A DNA stretch of 63,991 nucleotides, filler included, from Perkinsus olseni (taxonomy: Eukaryota), in assembly GCA_013115125.1 (NCBI GenBank). It is 5 parts of 5 records of this genome, joined end to end, with 100 filler letters (N's around TTAATTAATTAA, not from the genome) between each part and the next. Parts side by side here need not be neighbours in the genome. Positions count along the whole stretch, not along the records: positions 1 to 13,302 come from JABANN010000763.1; 4 more parts are not named here. The stretch is one strand, 5' to 3'. The number at the start of each line of letters is the position of its first letter. Within the stretch, counting starts at the first letter, position 1. Made by a program: the position numbers and the translations under genes. The notes under the pieces are model-generated. The model saw only the letters and a list, made by a program, of their open reading frames with translations. It made no database searches and was not told where the DNA came from. Positions 1 through 10,659 of this stretch are shown piece after piece.

Positions 1-2336
1 TTTTTTCATGAAACGGTCACGTTCACCCCCCTAAGCCACTCACCGTAGCTGAAAGTGTATACATGCAAAATTTCATTCCCTAACTCTAAAAACTGAATGC
101 GTGAGCCCCGTTGAAAGTTTACCTGTCTTTAGATGGCGGGTACTGTACCCACTTTTTCCCAACAAGATCCGGTCGTTCGGGGAGAAAGGACTCCCAGCTG
201 ACGCTGTTCCGAGGAATAGTGCGCGGATGGGAACCGCGTACCTACCGTAAATTCCCCAATTCAAGTTGGTGCTTCCCAAACCCTAGGCAAGAGGAACCGA
301 AGCCTTACGAATCCCGCTCCCGCTATCAATCCTCCCTGTTTGAAGAAGTTGTCGGAGAACCTACCGGAAATAACATTGCCTTACTGGAGGCAAATCGGCA
401 TTTTTTTGGAATTTGCCCTGAAGAACTGCACTCCTTCTACGAGTGTTCGACCTCTCTCAATGTACACAGAAGTCCCACAACAAAAGATACGCTCTTTTTG
501 GCCTCCCAACGCACAGCCACAATCCAAAACTCATGTTCCCAATCCCAAGATTTCATGCGCGGTAACCGAGTCCAGCCCCCACTTCTCCAGGCCCGGGTTC
601 TACCCTTCTGGGATGACAGTGGGTGTGATAGCATTCTCCTCCCGCTCAGGATGCTATCAGCATATCGATACATGATTGTATACGTCTCTTCGAAATGCAC
701 ATGTTATCAAAGTTTGATATCTAAATATTCCCTACCAGCGGTGAAATCTCAGTTTTCGCGATTTGCATAACGAATTGGAACACCCTGTAGCTCATGCTGC
801 GGACTCCATAGGTACAATTGCACGACCACAACAATGCACAGCAGTTCCGCGGCTCGATCATGATTTCGGTTTTCAGATGTCACTCCGTCAGCGGTCTTAA
901 CCCCGCAAAATGATAGCCTTCTTCGGAATCCGACAACGATATCATCCTCGATTCGAAACTCATACGCAATGACCACTCACTCAGGGTGCTTATAGAGCTT
1001 ATCCCCCTCAGCCGCCATCCTCAGTCCATTCCTCTTCTCGCATACCGTCCGAACTCTCCCTCGTCGGCTATGGTGAATGACTTGTGCATGCGTGCGAATC
1101 CTATTACACTCACCCAATGACTTCCTCGAGGGAGGCCTCCCTAGCCGGTCGCAGCGCCCGCGGGTGAGGGGCATTCCGACCCTCGTCAATCACAATACGG
1201 CGGCCCCTCGGCACATCATCAAATTCAGTCTGACACGAAAAAAAAGATCTTCCCGGGAAAAAATCCAGAAAAAAACTTCGCTCCGCCTATTACCCTGCAC
1301 TCCGTCTGTCGTATATGTACTTTTTCTGCCCTTTTCGGCACCGTGTGGATGACAGGGTCGATCCTTCGAATTCCGATCGGTCGATCTGTTCCGCCGTCAC
1401 CAGGGACCTCGAAGGAAAACCACAATTCTAGGAAAATCAGCGGGAAATTTCTGAAAATTTTTCCGAAAAAGACAAAGGTGAGCGGAATTTGAATACACCC
1501 TACCTTGAGGACCTTCTTACTCGGCCGCCACCGAAATTCCGCGGAGGGTTCGAGCGGAGCGAAGCGCCGAACTCCTTCGTGAGGGTCAAGCCCTTTTTGA
1601 TCCGCAAAATACCTCGCAGCGAAACATCAACCCAGCCTTAGGTAACTATCAAAAATCCGTGAGAATCTTCCGGAAGTGTAAAGTGCTTAGGTCGACCTCA
1701 GTATCAATCACCAACTGGCCTTGCTCAGGATACCACTATCAAATTCGAAAAGCTTAGCTTGAACTCGATCATGTCTACAGCCAAAAAGCTTTTTCCCTAC
1801 CAACTTCTCCGAACGGCTATTTTAGTTGTGCGAGGGTACACTCACGGACCCTCAGCCCTACTTCACCCCAATGAAGGACTTTCACTGTGCTGTATCTCTA
1901 GGCGGACTGTGTCTCAGGAGTCCACCAACCGCCCGCCTCTTAAGTTCCATATAGCTAACAGATACCCGACACCGCTCTAGCGTGTACCTCAGGCGTTCTA
2001 CGCATCCTCAAAAATTATCTAAGCCCGAGCTCCCACCGGGAGCCACCCACGAGGACACGCAACAACGACAGTGAACGTTCCACTGCGAGAACTCCCAATG
2101 TGAACTAGTCCGTGTACCTGGCCATCCCAGCTGCCGTAAAACTGTCAGGCTCCCCTGCTCGGCATGCCGTGTTGGGCATCTTCCGACACACTGATGCAGA
2201 CCAATGCCAATCACCCAATGCCCCGGCCCTCTCCACTACGGATCTTCCCTGTATTCCGATCCATCCACTTGGCTGATTTCGATCCCTGCCACTCGGGATG
2301 ACTCGGAATAGGTGGACAGCCGGGGGTCTCGAGCAT
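1..2336 (-). CDS. SPATS1/SASRP1-like protein, multi-exon; 3' end runs off the window
   Basis: Hand-spliced exons read MLETPGCPPIPSHPEWQGSKSAKWMDRNTGKI...YFADQKGLDPHEGVRRFAPLEPSAEFRWRPSKKVLK|VPGDGGTDRPIGIRR...ECR|TEFDDVPRGRR...EASLEEVIG|RRGRVRTVCEKRNGLRMAAEGDKLYKHPE|FSDNFFKQGGLIAGAGF|VRGSHPRT. The KRNG..GDxxYxxPExSxxFxKxG segment resembles the SPATS1 family motif as I recall it. Exons between ~1610 and 2230 are unresolved. Confidence 0.55.
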
Positions 2337-2544
2337 GGCAGGATTTGGTGGAAATTTGGTAAGGCTTGGAGGAGTGCTGGCCTTTGTAGGACACGTACAC
2401 TGCGCAGACTTGGAACGACTGAATGAAGGACTCCAGCCCTTCTCCCACCAAGAACACAACCTCGATTCAAAACCCCACAATGAGCATCAAAGGCATCCGT
2501 CGGGATTCTGCAGGGCACTGAGTACATGCGATTGAAGAACTTAC

Positions 2545-4701
2545 TTGATCCCACAGGACCTGGGTTCAAGCCCTTCTCCCGGTACCTTCCAAGAACGACA
2601 ATAAAATCAGTTCCGACTTTCGACTTGCAGCTATCCCGAATTTTTCCACCCAGCTGGATGATCGTTAGTTCTCTGGAAAATTTAGGAGAAAATTTCCCTT
2701 TTTACGGCTATGATCTTCTTTCCTGGTCGCCACACAAACTCCGAATCTCCAATTGTCAAAAGACTAGGGCAGCTTCGTTCCGCTCGAAAACGGCGAACTC
2801 CTTCGCAGCGATCTCGTCCTGTTACATCCTTGAAGTAACTGAGCCCATGCTTCACGTCGAAACTTTCTCGCGCGCCACGAAATTACCCCCTATTACCCAT
2901 CAAAGCCCACATTAGCGAGACTGCGCTCGTCTCCTGTTTTCGCATAACTCCGAACGAATTTACGGCATCCTGGAAACGAGCAGAACTACTCAACTCAATT
3001 TAGCTCCGCTCCGCTCGCGACAGAAATTTTTCGCTTCTTGGAGTTTTCATATTATCCCAGGGATGAACGCCGAGCGAAGATATCGGTTTCCTGAGATCCG
3101 TAGGTCGAGGGCCAGCCGCGCAATACCTCATCAAAAACTATGGTCCCTCTCAAGTCAAGCCGACGGTCCCAAAAATGAAACAGATTGAAACGCTATAGCA
3201 GTGTCCACTCTGCACCGGCATTCTACAACTAATACCACGGCCACGCCGACACCGTGCCTGGATGTAGATTAGTACACCTTCCCAACTTGGGAACCCCAAG
3301 GGTGAGGACCTTCACAACTAGGCCATTAGCATGTCGTAGCCGCAGAAAGGCTTTTCCAGGTCCATGAAGACCAGCCGGCCCCCTGGCCTGAACCTTGCTC
3401 TCACCATGGCTAAGATGGTGGAGACCGAGCAAGCATCATAACTTGATACTGGTAAATGTAAGTTGATTTTCCAAGCAAGAATGAGAAGCTGCGCTCTCCA
3501 ACTGTATCGTCTTGATCCTCATCCGCAGGGTGCAGGGTCAGTCCTACGCTGATCGCGCAATGAGAAGCTGCGCTCTCCACCTCATCGCGCGGCACTCAAA
3601 TCTTAGTATCACCCAACATTGGCACCAAAAATTGAGAATGATCAGGTTACGGCGAGAATTCGCCGTGAGCCAGAGCCCGCTGTGGAACCGTAAATAGCAG
3701 TCGTACAAGGCTCTCGGGCGCCGGAGAATGTAGCTCGTCTCTCAGAACTGCGGCCCCCAGAACCGTTCTGGCGTTACGCCGTACAGCCCTTCCACAAGCC
3801 TCGGCCGAAGGCTCATCCAGCGCGGACTCGATAAAGAACAGTTCTTCAAGAGAGATCGCGCGGCATGGCAGAGGAACCGCTCGTGGCAGAGGGACCGAAA
3901 ATGCTTGATAACATTTTGATTCAGGATTCCTAAAGGACGAGGTGGATGATGCCACTGGCATCATTTTCATGCATTCATCATAACATTATGACGACTCGTC
4001 ATTGACGAGACTGATCTTCGTGTACTCGGGGCGCTGCAAGAAACTCCGGAATCTTCTTCTCGGTGGCATTCCAACCAAACCACATGTCCGGATTTTCCAA
4101 TACGAGCCGATCGCCCTTCTCCGTACCGGGAGCTTTCTGCTGGGAGGCATGAACAAGGCAAGGATTGGTCCTTCAAGGAACCGCCACGTCCCATTCCTTC
4201 ACCGCATCGTGAGGGCCCCAGTAATTCGCCACTGCGCGACGGCTCACCCATCATGGCTCGAAGGGTGAACAGATCGCGGAGACCTCGCATGCAATGGGAA
4301 TGATATCGAAAAAAGTCCCATGCCATGATGGTCTGGAACCAACTGCACTTCATCTCAGCAGCGTGTAAACAACCTTAACAATATAAGTCTCCCAAACTCA
4401 ACCCTACTATTACTGTTCCGCCCAGTGTTCCGATCCATCCACTTAGCCGAGTCGGCTGGCCCCGACTGGCACAGGAGTATCTTTGAAGCGCGGTCGAGAC
4501 CATAGTAACACTTGGTAGATGACGGGGCGATTGCAGGGCCCGCACGAGGTCGGCTAAGCCGACCTCGACCCTTGCCAGTCGGGATGCCGGGCTGAAAACA
4601 ATATCCTTACATTCTTCCAACAGAATTGCCTGTCTTCCTCAGCAACTCAAAAGAATAGAGAAAAGTTCACCTCGTGTATACCACGACCTTATTCCTGACA
4701 T
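2545..4701 (-). pseudogene. Diverged tandem paralog of the N-terminal half of the SPATS1-like gene; probably disrupted
   Basis: Exons read MSGIRSWYTRA|RHPDWQGSRSA[insertion]KWMDRNTGRN, YFKDVTGRDRCEGVRRF, FVWRPGKKIIA|VPGEGLEPRSCGIK, matching the downstream copy in the same order. A 112-nt insertion at 4451-4562 breaks the frame. It could instead be one gene with an internal duplication. Confidence 0.45.
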
Positions 4702-5000
4702 CGTTTCATCCTCGAGGATCCGATCAATCCCGATATTCCCGAAGAATCAAATCATACAGAAAATACACATTCTCCCGACACGCCAATTCCGCTGCCAGTT
4801 TCCCACATCTCCTTCATCCCCCCCCCACTATTACGTATTTCCTCCAGAGAGTGTAGAGGTGGTCTGCTGCAGGGGACCGACATTTGAAGAGAACTGTCGC
4901 AGCATAATTTACGAAAGGAGTGGTATGAACAATAACACCGCTAATTCAGACTCTCGCCATAGAAACAGCTGATGCCACTAGGAGGGCTATTAACAGGTAT

Positions 5001-8000
5001 TTATTGATAAATCCTCATCGATTGATTCCACTCGTTAGTCCAGAGGCTCGCAAAGGGACCCTTTCCATGCTGAGCATCTTGAACCTGATAATCAACCATG
5101 TGTACATGTGCATGTCTACATATGTATATGTATGTGTACATGGCTGCATAGGTATTAAAACGCAGTTATGACGGGGAATTCGGAGATTCCCGTCATAAGC
5201 ACGCAATTCCGAATTTCGTGCCAACGCGACCTTCGAATATCCGACCCCACATGTCGCAGCCCACAGCTCAACCCGTTACTACCTCATCGAGAATCTTTCT
5301 GCACATCGGACCTGCTCCGATGGCCTCATCTACAGGAACCTACCGAATCGATCAGCTGATCGATCATACGATCGAACCCAAGCTCACATCAATTTCTACA
5401 TCCTCATACGTTACACTCTTGACAGGACAGACAATCGCTGCAGTACCGGTACCTGGTCGACGCAAAAAAACTTCGCGCACGTGTGAACCATCCATAACAC
5501 ACCTCGGCGAATTCGCGGAATCCTTGGCCCTAGTCTTGCTAAACTTTCCAGTAAAAAGTTTCTACCGAGACAAAATTTTTCACGAATTTTCCCAGAATTC
5601 TACCAAAAATTTCCGCAACTTCTCGTCCGCGATGCCGTTCGAGAAGCTCCTCCATAGTAACATCTCTCTCGGAAACTCTGATGTTACCAGTGGCCCGGAG
5701 AATCTTCAGAACCTGTGAAGCGCACGGGTCCAGAGGTCCCTAGATCCTCGAAGTTTTCACCGAATCCCGAGTGATGCCGGGCAAAATGATATCTTTTGTT
5801 GGCGGGGTAACAACCTCGGTTCCATCATCGTCTTCAAACACGAAGAATACGTTCATGGAACCTGCCGAGGAACGAACCGGATACCTTGGGAATTGGAAGC
5901 TGCATCCTTGACCACTCGAGTATTACCAACTTCCGTAATGTGATGCTTCAGTTGGCCATCCTTATCTCGCAACGGCAAGAGCCATAGAATTTGCGTATAC
6001 CCTTCCTTACTCTGAAATAACGGACAGTACCCAACCAAAGCCCGAAGAAAGATTCCAAAGGACAAAGACTTTCCGTCCTACCGCACTTTTAGCGGGCATC
6101 AGAGTCGGGCCGTAATTGCTACCAAGTTTATGGCCACCGGATCCTGAAAGACGCGAGTGTAAGACTGCTCAATACTTTCGTCTGGAGTATTCAGCTTCGC
6201 CATCTACTGATAAGACTACGGTAATAATTCGCCAAGAATCTTGACGATCTTCAGATCCTGACTACTTGACGATCCACACCCTATCCCCCAGTAAATCACG
6301 CGCGCATGCTTGCTCGCACATGAAGTACTCGCTAAGCTCCCTCTGAAAGCTAGGCTCCGTTACACGGAGTACTTCTATGCGGAAGGGAACAGTCCAGAGA
6401 GCTCAGGAACCGCGAGCGAGACTTTCGCGCTTCGCTTCAAAGCCGCCGCATTCAAGGTAAAGGGAATTCCCGTTGGTCGAGCTTGAGAGAGCCTCGCATC
6501 AGGGATGATTTCGATGACGGAGCTGACTGCGGAGATCTGTGTCCAATTCATGTTGTTATCAATGAGTATTTTCCGTTGGAATAACCCATCAAGATCAGTT
6601 AAAGATCGGAAATTCGTCGTGATTTATTTTTTTCGGCGTTTCCACCCAATTGCTACTACCGCCCGGCCAAGCTCGAACATTCCGAGTGCACGCCAATAAA
6701 GATACAGGCTTAAAGCCACAAGGGAAGAACCTGGAGGAGAAAGCAAATCCAATTGCGCACAGCGAAGATTCTCAGAAGAGGGCCAGCCAAAGATACGCCC
6801 ACTTACGGTCCCACTGGACTGCAAATGACGAAAAGTTTTCCTCGAGATCCCGCCGCAACTGCTACGCTCGGCTGAAATGACAACAAATAACATAATAATA
6901 TCGCAGCCAGGGTTCGAACCCACGCCCTCCACCCTACCTCTGTCCCTATGAAGGTCGGGCGAATATACAACGAGTATCCATATTCATCCGGTATCATCTC
7001 ATCATCGATCAGCACTAGTTCTCTTATCAATTCATATCTAATGACACACTCGAGTGCGAAATCGGAGTATCGTTTTCAGCCCGTACAATGATTCTTCATC
7101 CGCCTCGTCAAAGCTAGCAACACCGCTCCGCTCAATCGACTTGGCAAATCGCCGGATGTTGTCTCGCAGACGGAACTCGGTGATGACACCCTCACTATTC
7201 TTGAACCTGAGGCGAATCTTTGGTTGACGCTTAAACTCAGCACATCTGAGATTACGAATCAGCAGCGCACAAGCTGTCCTCTAACAGAACAGAAACCCAT
7301 TACAAACGCCAGGTCGACTAACGTAAAAACCATTCAGTAGATTCCACACCAGCCCTTCTCACGTGACATACCCATTCTATGGATCATCGATCCCTTGCTA
7401 TAGTGCCTACCATATCGCCGATATCACGACCGTCCAGACGTCACGCACTTGGGCTATTTAAGATACACTCAACGAGCCTCGAAAGAAGCTCCGTGAATAA
7501 CTGCATTGCTCGTATACGAGATCGTTTTTATCAGCCCTCCCTTCCAACCTCCTCGGAGAGATCAGACATCAGCCAACATCAGACGAGACGAAGAAACCAC
7601 TGATGACACATTAAATGCTTTCACAAGTGATGTATGTAATCATCGTGAGAGAAGTGCGAAAAAATTGGTATGCAACTCCACAATAATGATAATAGACAAA
7701 CTCTCATTTCCCATGCCGCCCTCATTACACTTTAGCCCCTTCAAAGCATTCCACTGCGTAGTGCAGCACAGTCGAAGCAGGATGAAGGGAGAGATCTCCG
7801 AAGGGACAGATGACCGGCTGAAAAGAAAGGAAAAGTTAATAAAAACACGATGTTTTCGTTAGTTATTCAGCGATGTCCGAAAAGCTGCCACTTGGTGTAA
7901 ATAAACGGCAAACGGGAGCTGATACGACCGAGACCGAAAAACGCTTCCTGGGAAACGATGCACCAACATTTGTCATTCACCGAACTCGTGCATTTGCTGC

Positions 8001-8604
8001 GGATAATGCACCAACTAGATCGTCACTGCTCGACAAACTCATGATAATTGCGGGAATTACGGTATTAAATAATAAATTACGGGGTCTACGACGATCACGT
8101 TAATAACGATGCTGTTTATGGTTCAAAAACCGCGTTCATTCGTTAATCATGACGGTAATCGTCCTTCTTTTGAAGCAGTTACTGTTACGGCATTTACGGA
8201 AAAAATAAAAAACTTGGTTTCACATTTTTATCGAGTTTCTCATTGATGACAGTTCTCGTCGTCATCGCGTCTTCTCCCGTCTCCCTCCTCTGTACTACAT
8301 CATGCCAGCCATTATCATCATCATAATCGATGCTCAGCATGTGATCAGTGAAAGTCTGACCGAATTTGAGGGAGCTCAGGGGAGGTAGAGTAGATCGTAC
8401 AGGGTTATACGTCACCTGAGAATCAAAGGTTGAACCATGCAAGATGCAGAATAGGTAACCTTGAGAGCCGTGGCATCGATGTGCCTGTTGGGCTCTTCTT
8501 CGGTTGCTACTGTGGTGGCTGTATCGGAAAAATCCTTTTCACTCGACGCCCCCTCAGACATAGACAGATGTGAGGAATGAACAAGTAACTGGCCGATCTC
8601 TCAT
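5001..8604 (-). CDS. BCAT: Branched-chain amino acid aminotransferase (class IV PLP), about 14 exons; start approximate
   Basis: Spliced exons give [60 protein letters not shown] (PLP lysine), [20 protein letters not shown] and [11 protein letters not shown]. Stop TAA at 5001-5003. Confidence 0.92.
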
Positions 8605-8644
8605 AACACTTCGAAGCGACTAGCACTGCTAGTCTAGCAGATGT

Positions 8645-10330
8645 CAATCTAGTCGAAGTTAGAATTAATAGGCAGAGAAATGGCTCTGCCGGGGATCGAA
8701 CCGGCAACCTACAGCGCAACGTTCGAAGAATGGAAATGGACTCATGACAGGTTCTTCGGGGACCTTTCGCTATCACGAGAGACCTTGCCAAGAAGGAACT
8801 CCTCCTTCTTAACTGCACATCAGGTTAAGCCTCTTCTTACCTAAGTATAAACTGCTGATTGGCGCAAGTTCGCGAGATCACCTTTCTAATAGCATCATCC
8901 TCAGTATTGTTGCCGTTAATTATTACATGGCTGACTCTGTGGAAGCCAGAGTCATGGCGGCTTCTCCACCAGGGTGTTTGCCACAGGTAAGCGGTCTACG
9001 TACTGCCATGTCAGCGATTATAACACGTCCTACGCTGTTTACGCCAGATATTCAAAAACATAAGCTCATTTTTCTCGATTGTTGCCTCTTTCAATAGTTG
9101 CGCGGTACTATCCTTCATTAGGTACTGGCCGATTTATCTGTCATCTCCCCAGCCGTTGCGACCAACAGCAACGCTGCTATCCAACAGTGAGTTCGGCGCC
9201 GATAGTTGTGCTCATACTGAGTCCATCGCAACCTGCATAGTGAGATCGTATCCGCTTTATGGAGAATCCTTCGCCGTGAGCAGTCAGCTCGCTCTTGATT
9301 ACCACTCCGATATACTGCCAGATGCTATGCCTACGTTGTGCGCATCAGATATATTCAGGGTCGCGATGGACTCTCGGCACGTACCGTTCGATTAGCCTCG
9401 GAGGTCTTGAGTACCTTGTTCGTCCGAGGAGGCTACCCGTACATACCATTCGCTTTATATTTCAACTCCAGTACGCTTCTCCTGCTCAAGGGTCTCTTCA
9501 ACGGGCCCTGCCTGAGCTGAGCTCAGGCTCAGGCCCGTAAAGCTCAGGCGTAATAGCCCATTACGTCTCAGGTACTGTGAAAGTATCGGTATGGTCGTGA
9601 CGTCATCTACAGATAGGGACGGGACAATGACAAAAGTGAGCTGATTCCCTGATCGTTGCATGCTAACGAGAAAATTGGAATTGGAGTTTAAGTTTTCGAA
9701 AACGGAACTCAACTTCCAATGTGGAAGACTCTTCTGGTTGTAGAAGGCTTTGGAAGCCTTCGAGAATCCCGAGTTTAGTTCTTATGATATACTTCGTGCT
9801 GCCTTGCAGCGGAAATTGAACTTCCTGCGGGCACGAGCTTACTGGGCCATTTTGGATCTGCGGACGTAGTCGAAAATGATGTTTGTATATTAGAGGCAGT
9901 GGCTTCGATATTACCGCCTCAATAGTGCAACAGTTCATCACCGAGCACCAACCAGCAATAGACTCATCCTCGCGGAATCCTGCCACATCCTCGCGCAGCG
10001 AAGATACATAAATTTCATAAAATTGTACCCGTTCAGTTTACGATATACACCCTCCTCAGTATGACATCCTCTCCCAGCAGCGCTCAGAGCACTGTGCTTG
10101 TCTGTGAATCGCAGACGGATTTCTAGCACCAAGCACACAGCTACGCCGCTGATGTTACCAGAAGGTGCACGGATTGCAACGCATAGCCGACGTGAGGAAG
10201 ACGATCTCCCGAAGAGGCTCTTCGGGAGAGCGAGAATGGAGTCCATCTGATGGACGGAGACGATAAGTTCAGAGCTCAGCAGGGATTGCCAAGCTGAAGT
10301 AGACTGGGAACCTGAGATAGGAAGACCCAC
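8645..10330 (-). CDS. Hypothetical multi-exon protein; boundaries uncertain
   Basis: Consecutive minus-strand ORFs (9938-10330, 9663-9986, 9455-9712) plus in-phase splice junctions near 8785-8840; no family recognised. Confidence 0.3.
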
Positions 10331-10446
10331 TCTGAGTGGGAAGGCGAACTCGGATTCGTTGGAACTGCGAGCAGCAAGCGGACTAATAAGTTAAATAGAT
10401 GATAGCAGCTTACTCTAGGCTTCAAAGTCTAGAGGGTTATGTGAGT

Positions 10447-10503
10447 CACGGGTGGGCTACCCGTGGTACCCGGGTACCCGAGGTGGTGCTACCCGGGGTA
10501 GCA
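10447..10503. repeat. Cluster of three short palindromes/hairpins built on GGGTA/TACCC
   Basis: cacggg..cccgtg, ggtacccgggtacc and tgctacccggggtagca lie back to back. Confidence 0.8.
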
Positions 10504-10659
10504 TCTGGGGAATCTGCCCACATTTTTAGTGCTTCCAGACGTATATCATTGCTCTATTGCGGTGCTCATTGGGTTCTCCCAAATTGGGAGTCCCAATCCT
10601 CTCAATGGGTCCTCTGTTCACGAGTATGCCGAGGAACTAGTACGGTTCTGAAATATTAG

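Noticed and set aside
1-4700. Decayed LTR (BEL/gypsy-like) retrotransposon, suggested by FMDLEK/KAFLRL near 3350-3380 and an SH3-like read near 100-250
   Set aside because: The motifs needed frameshifts. In-phase spliced exons of two paralogous SPATS1-like genes explain the region better.
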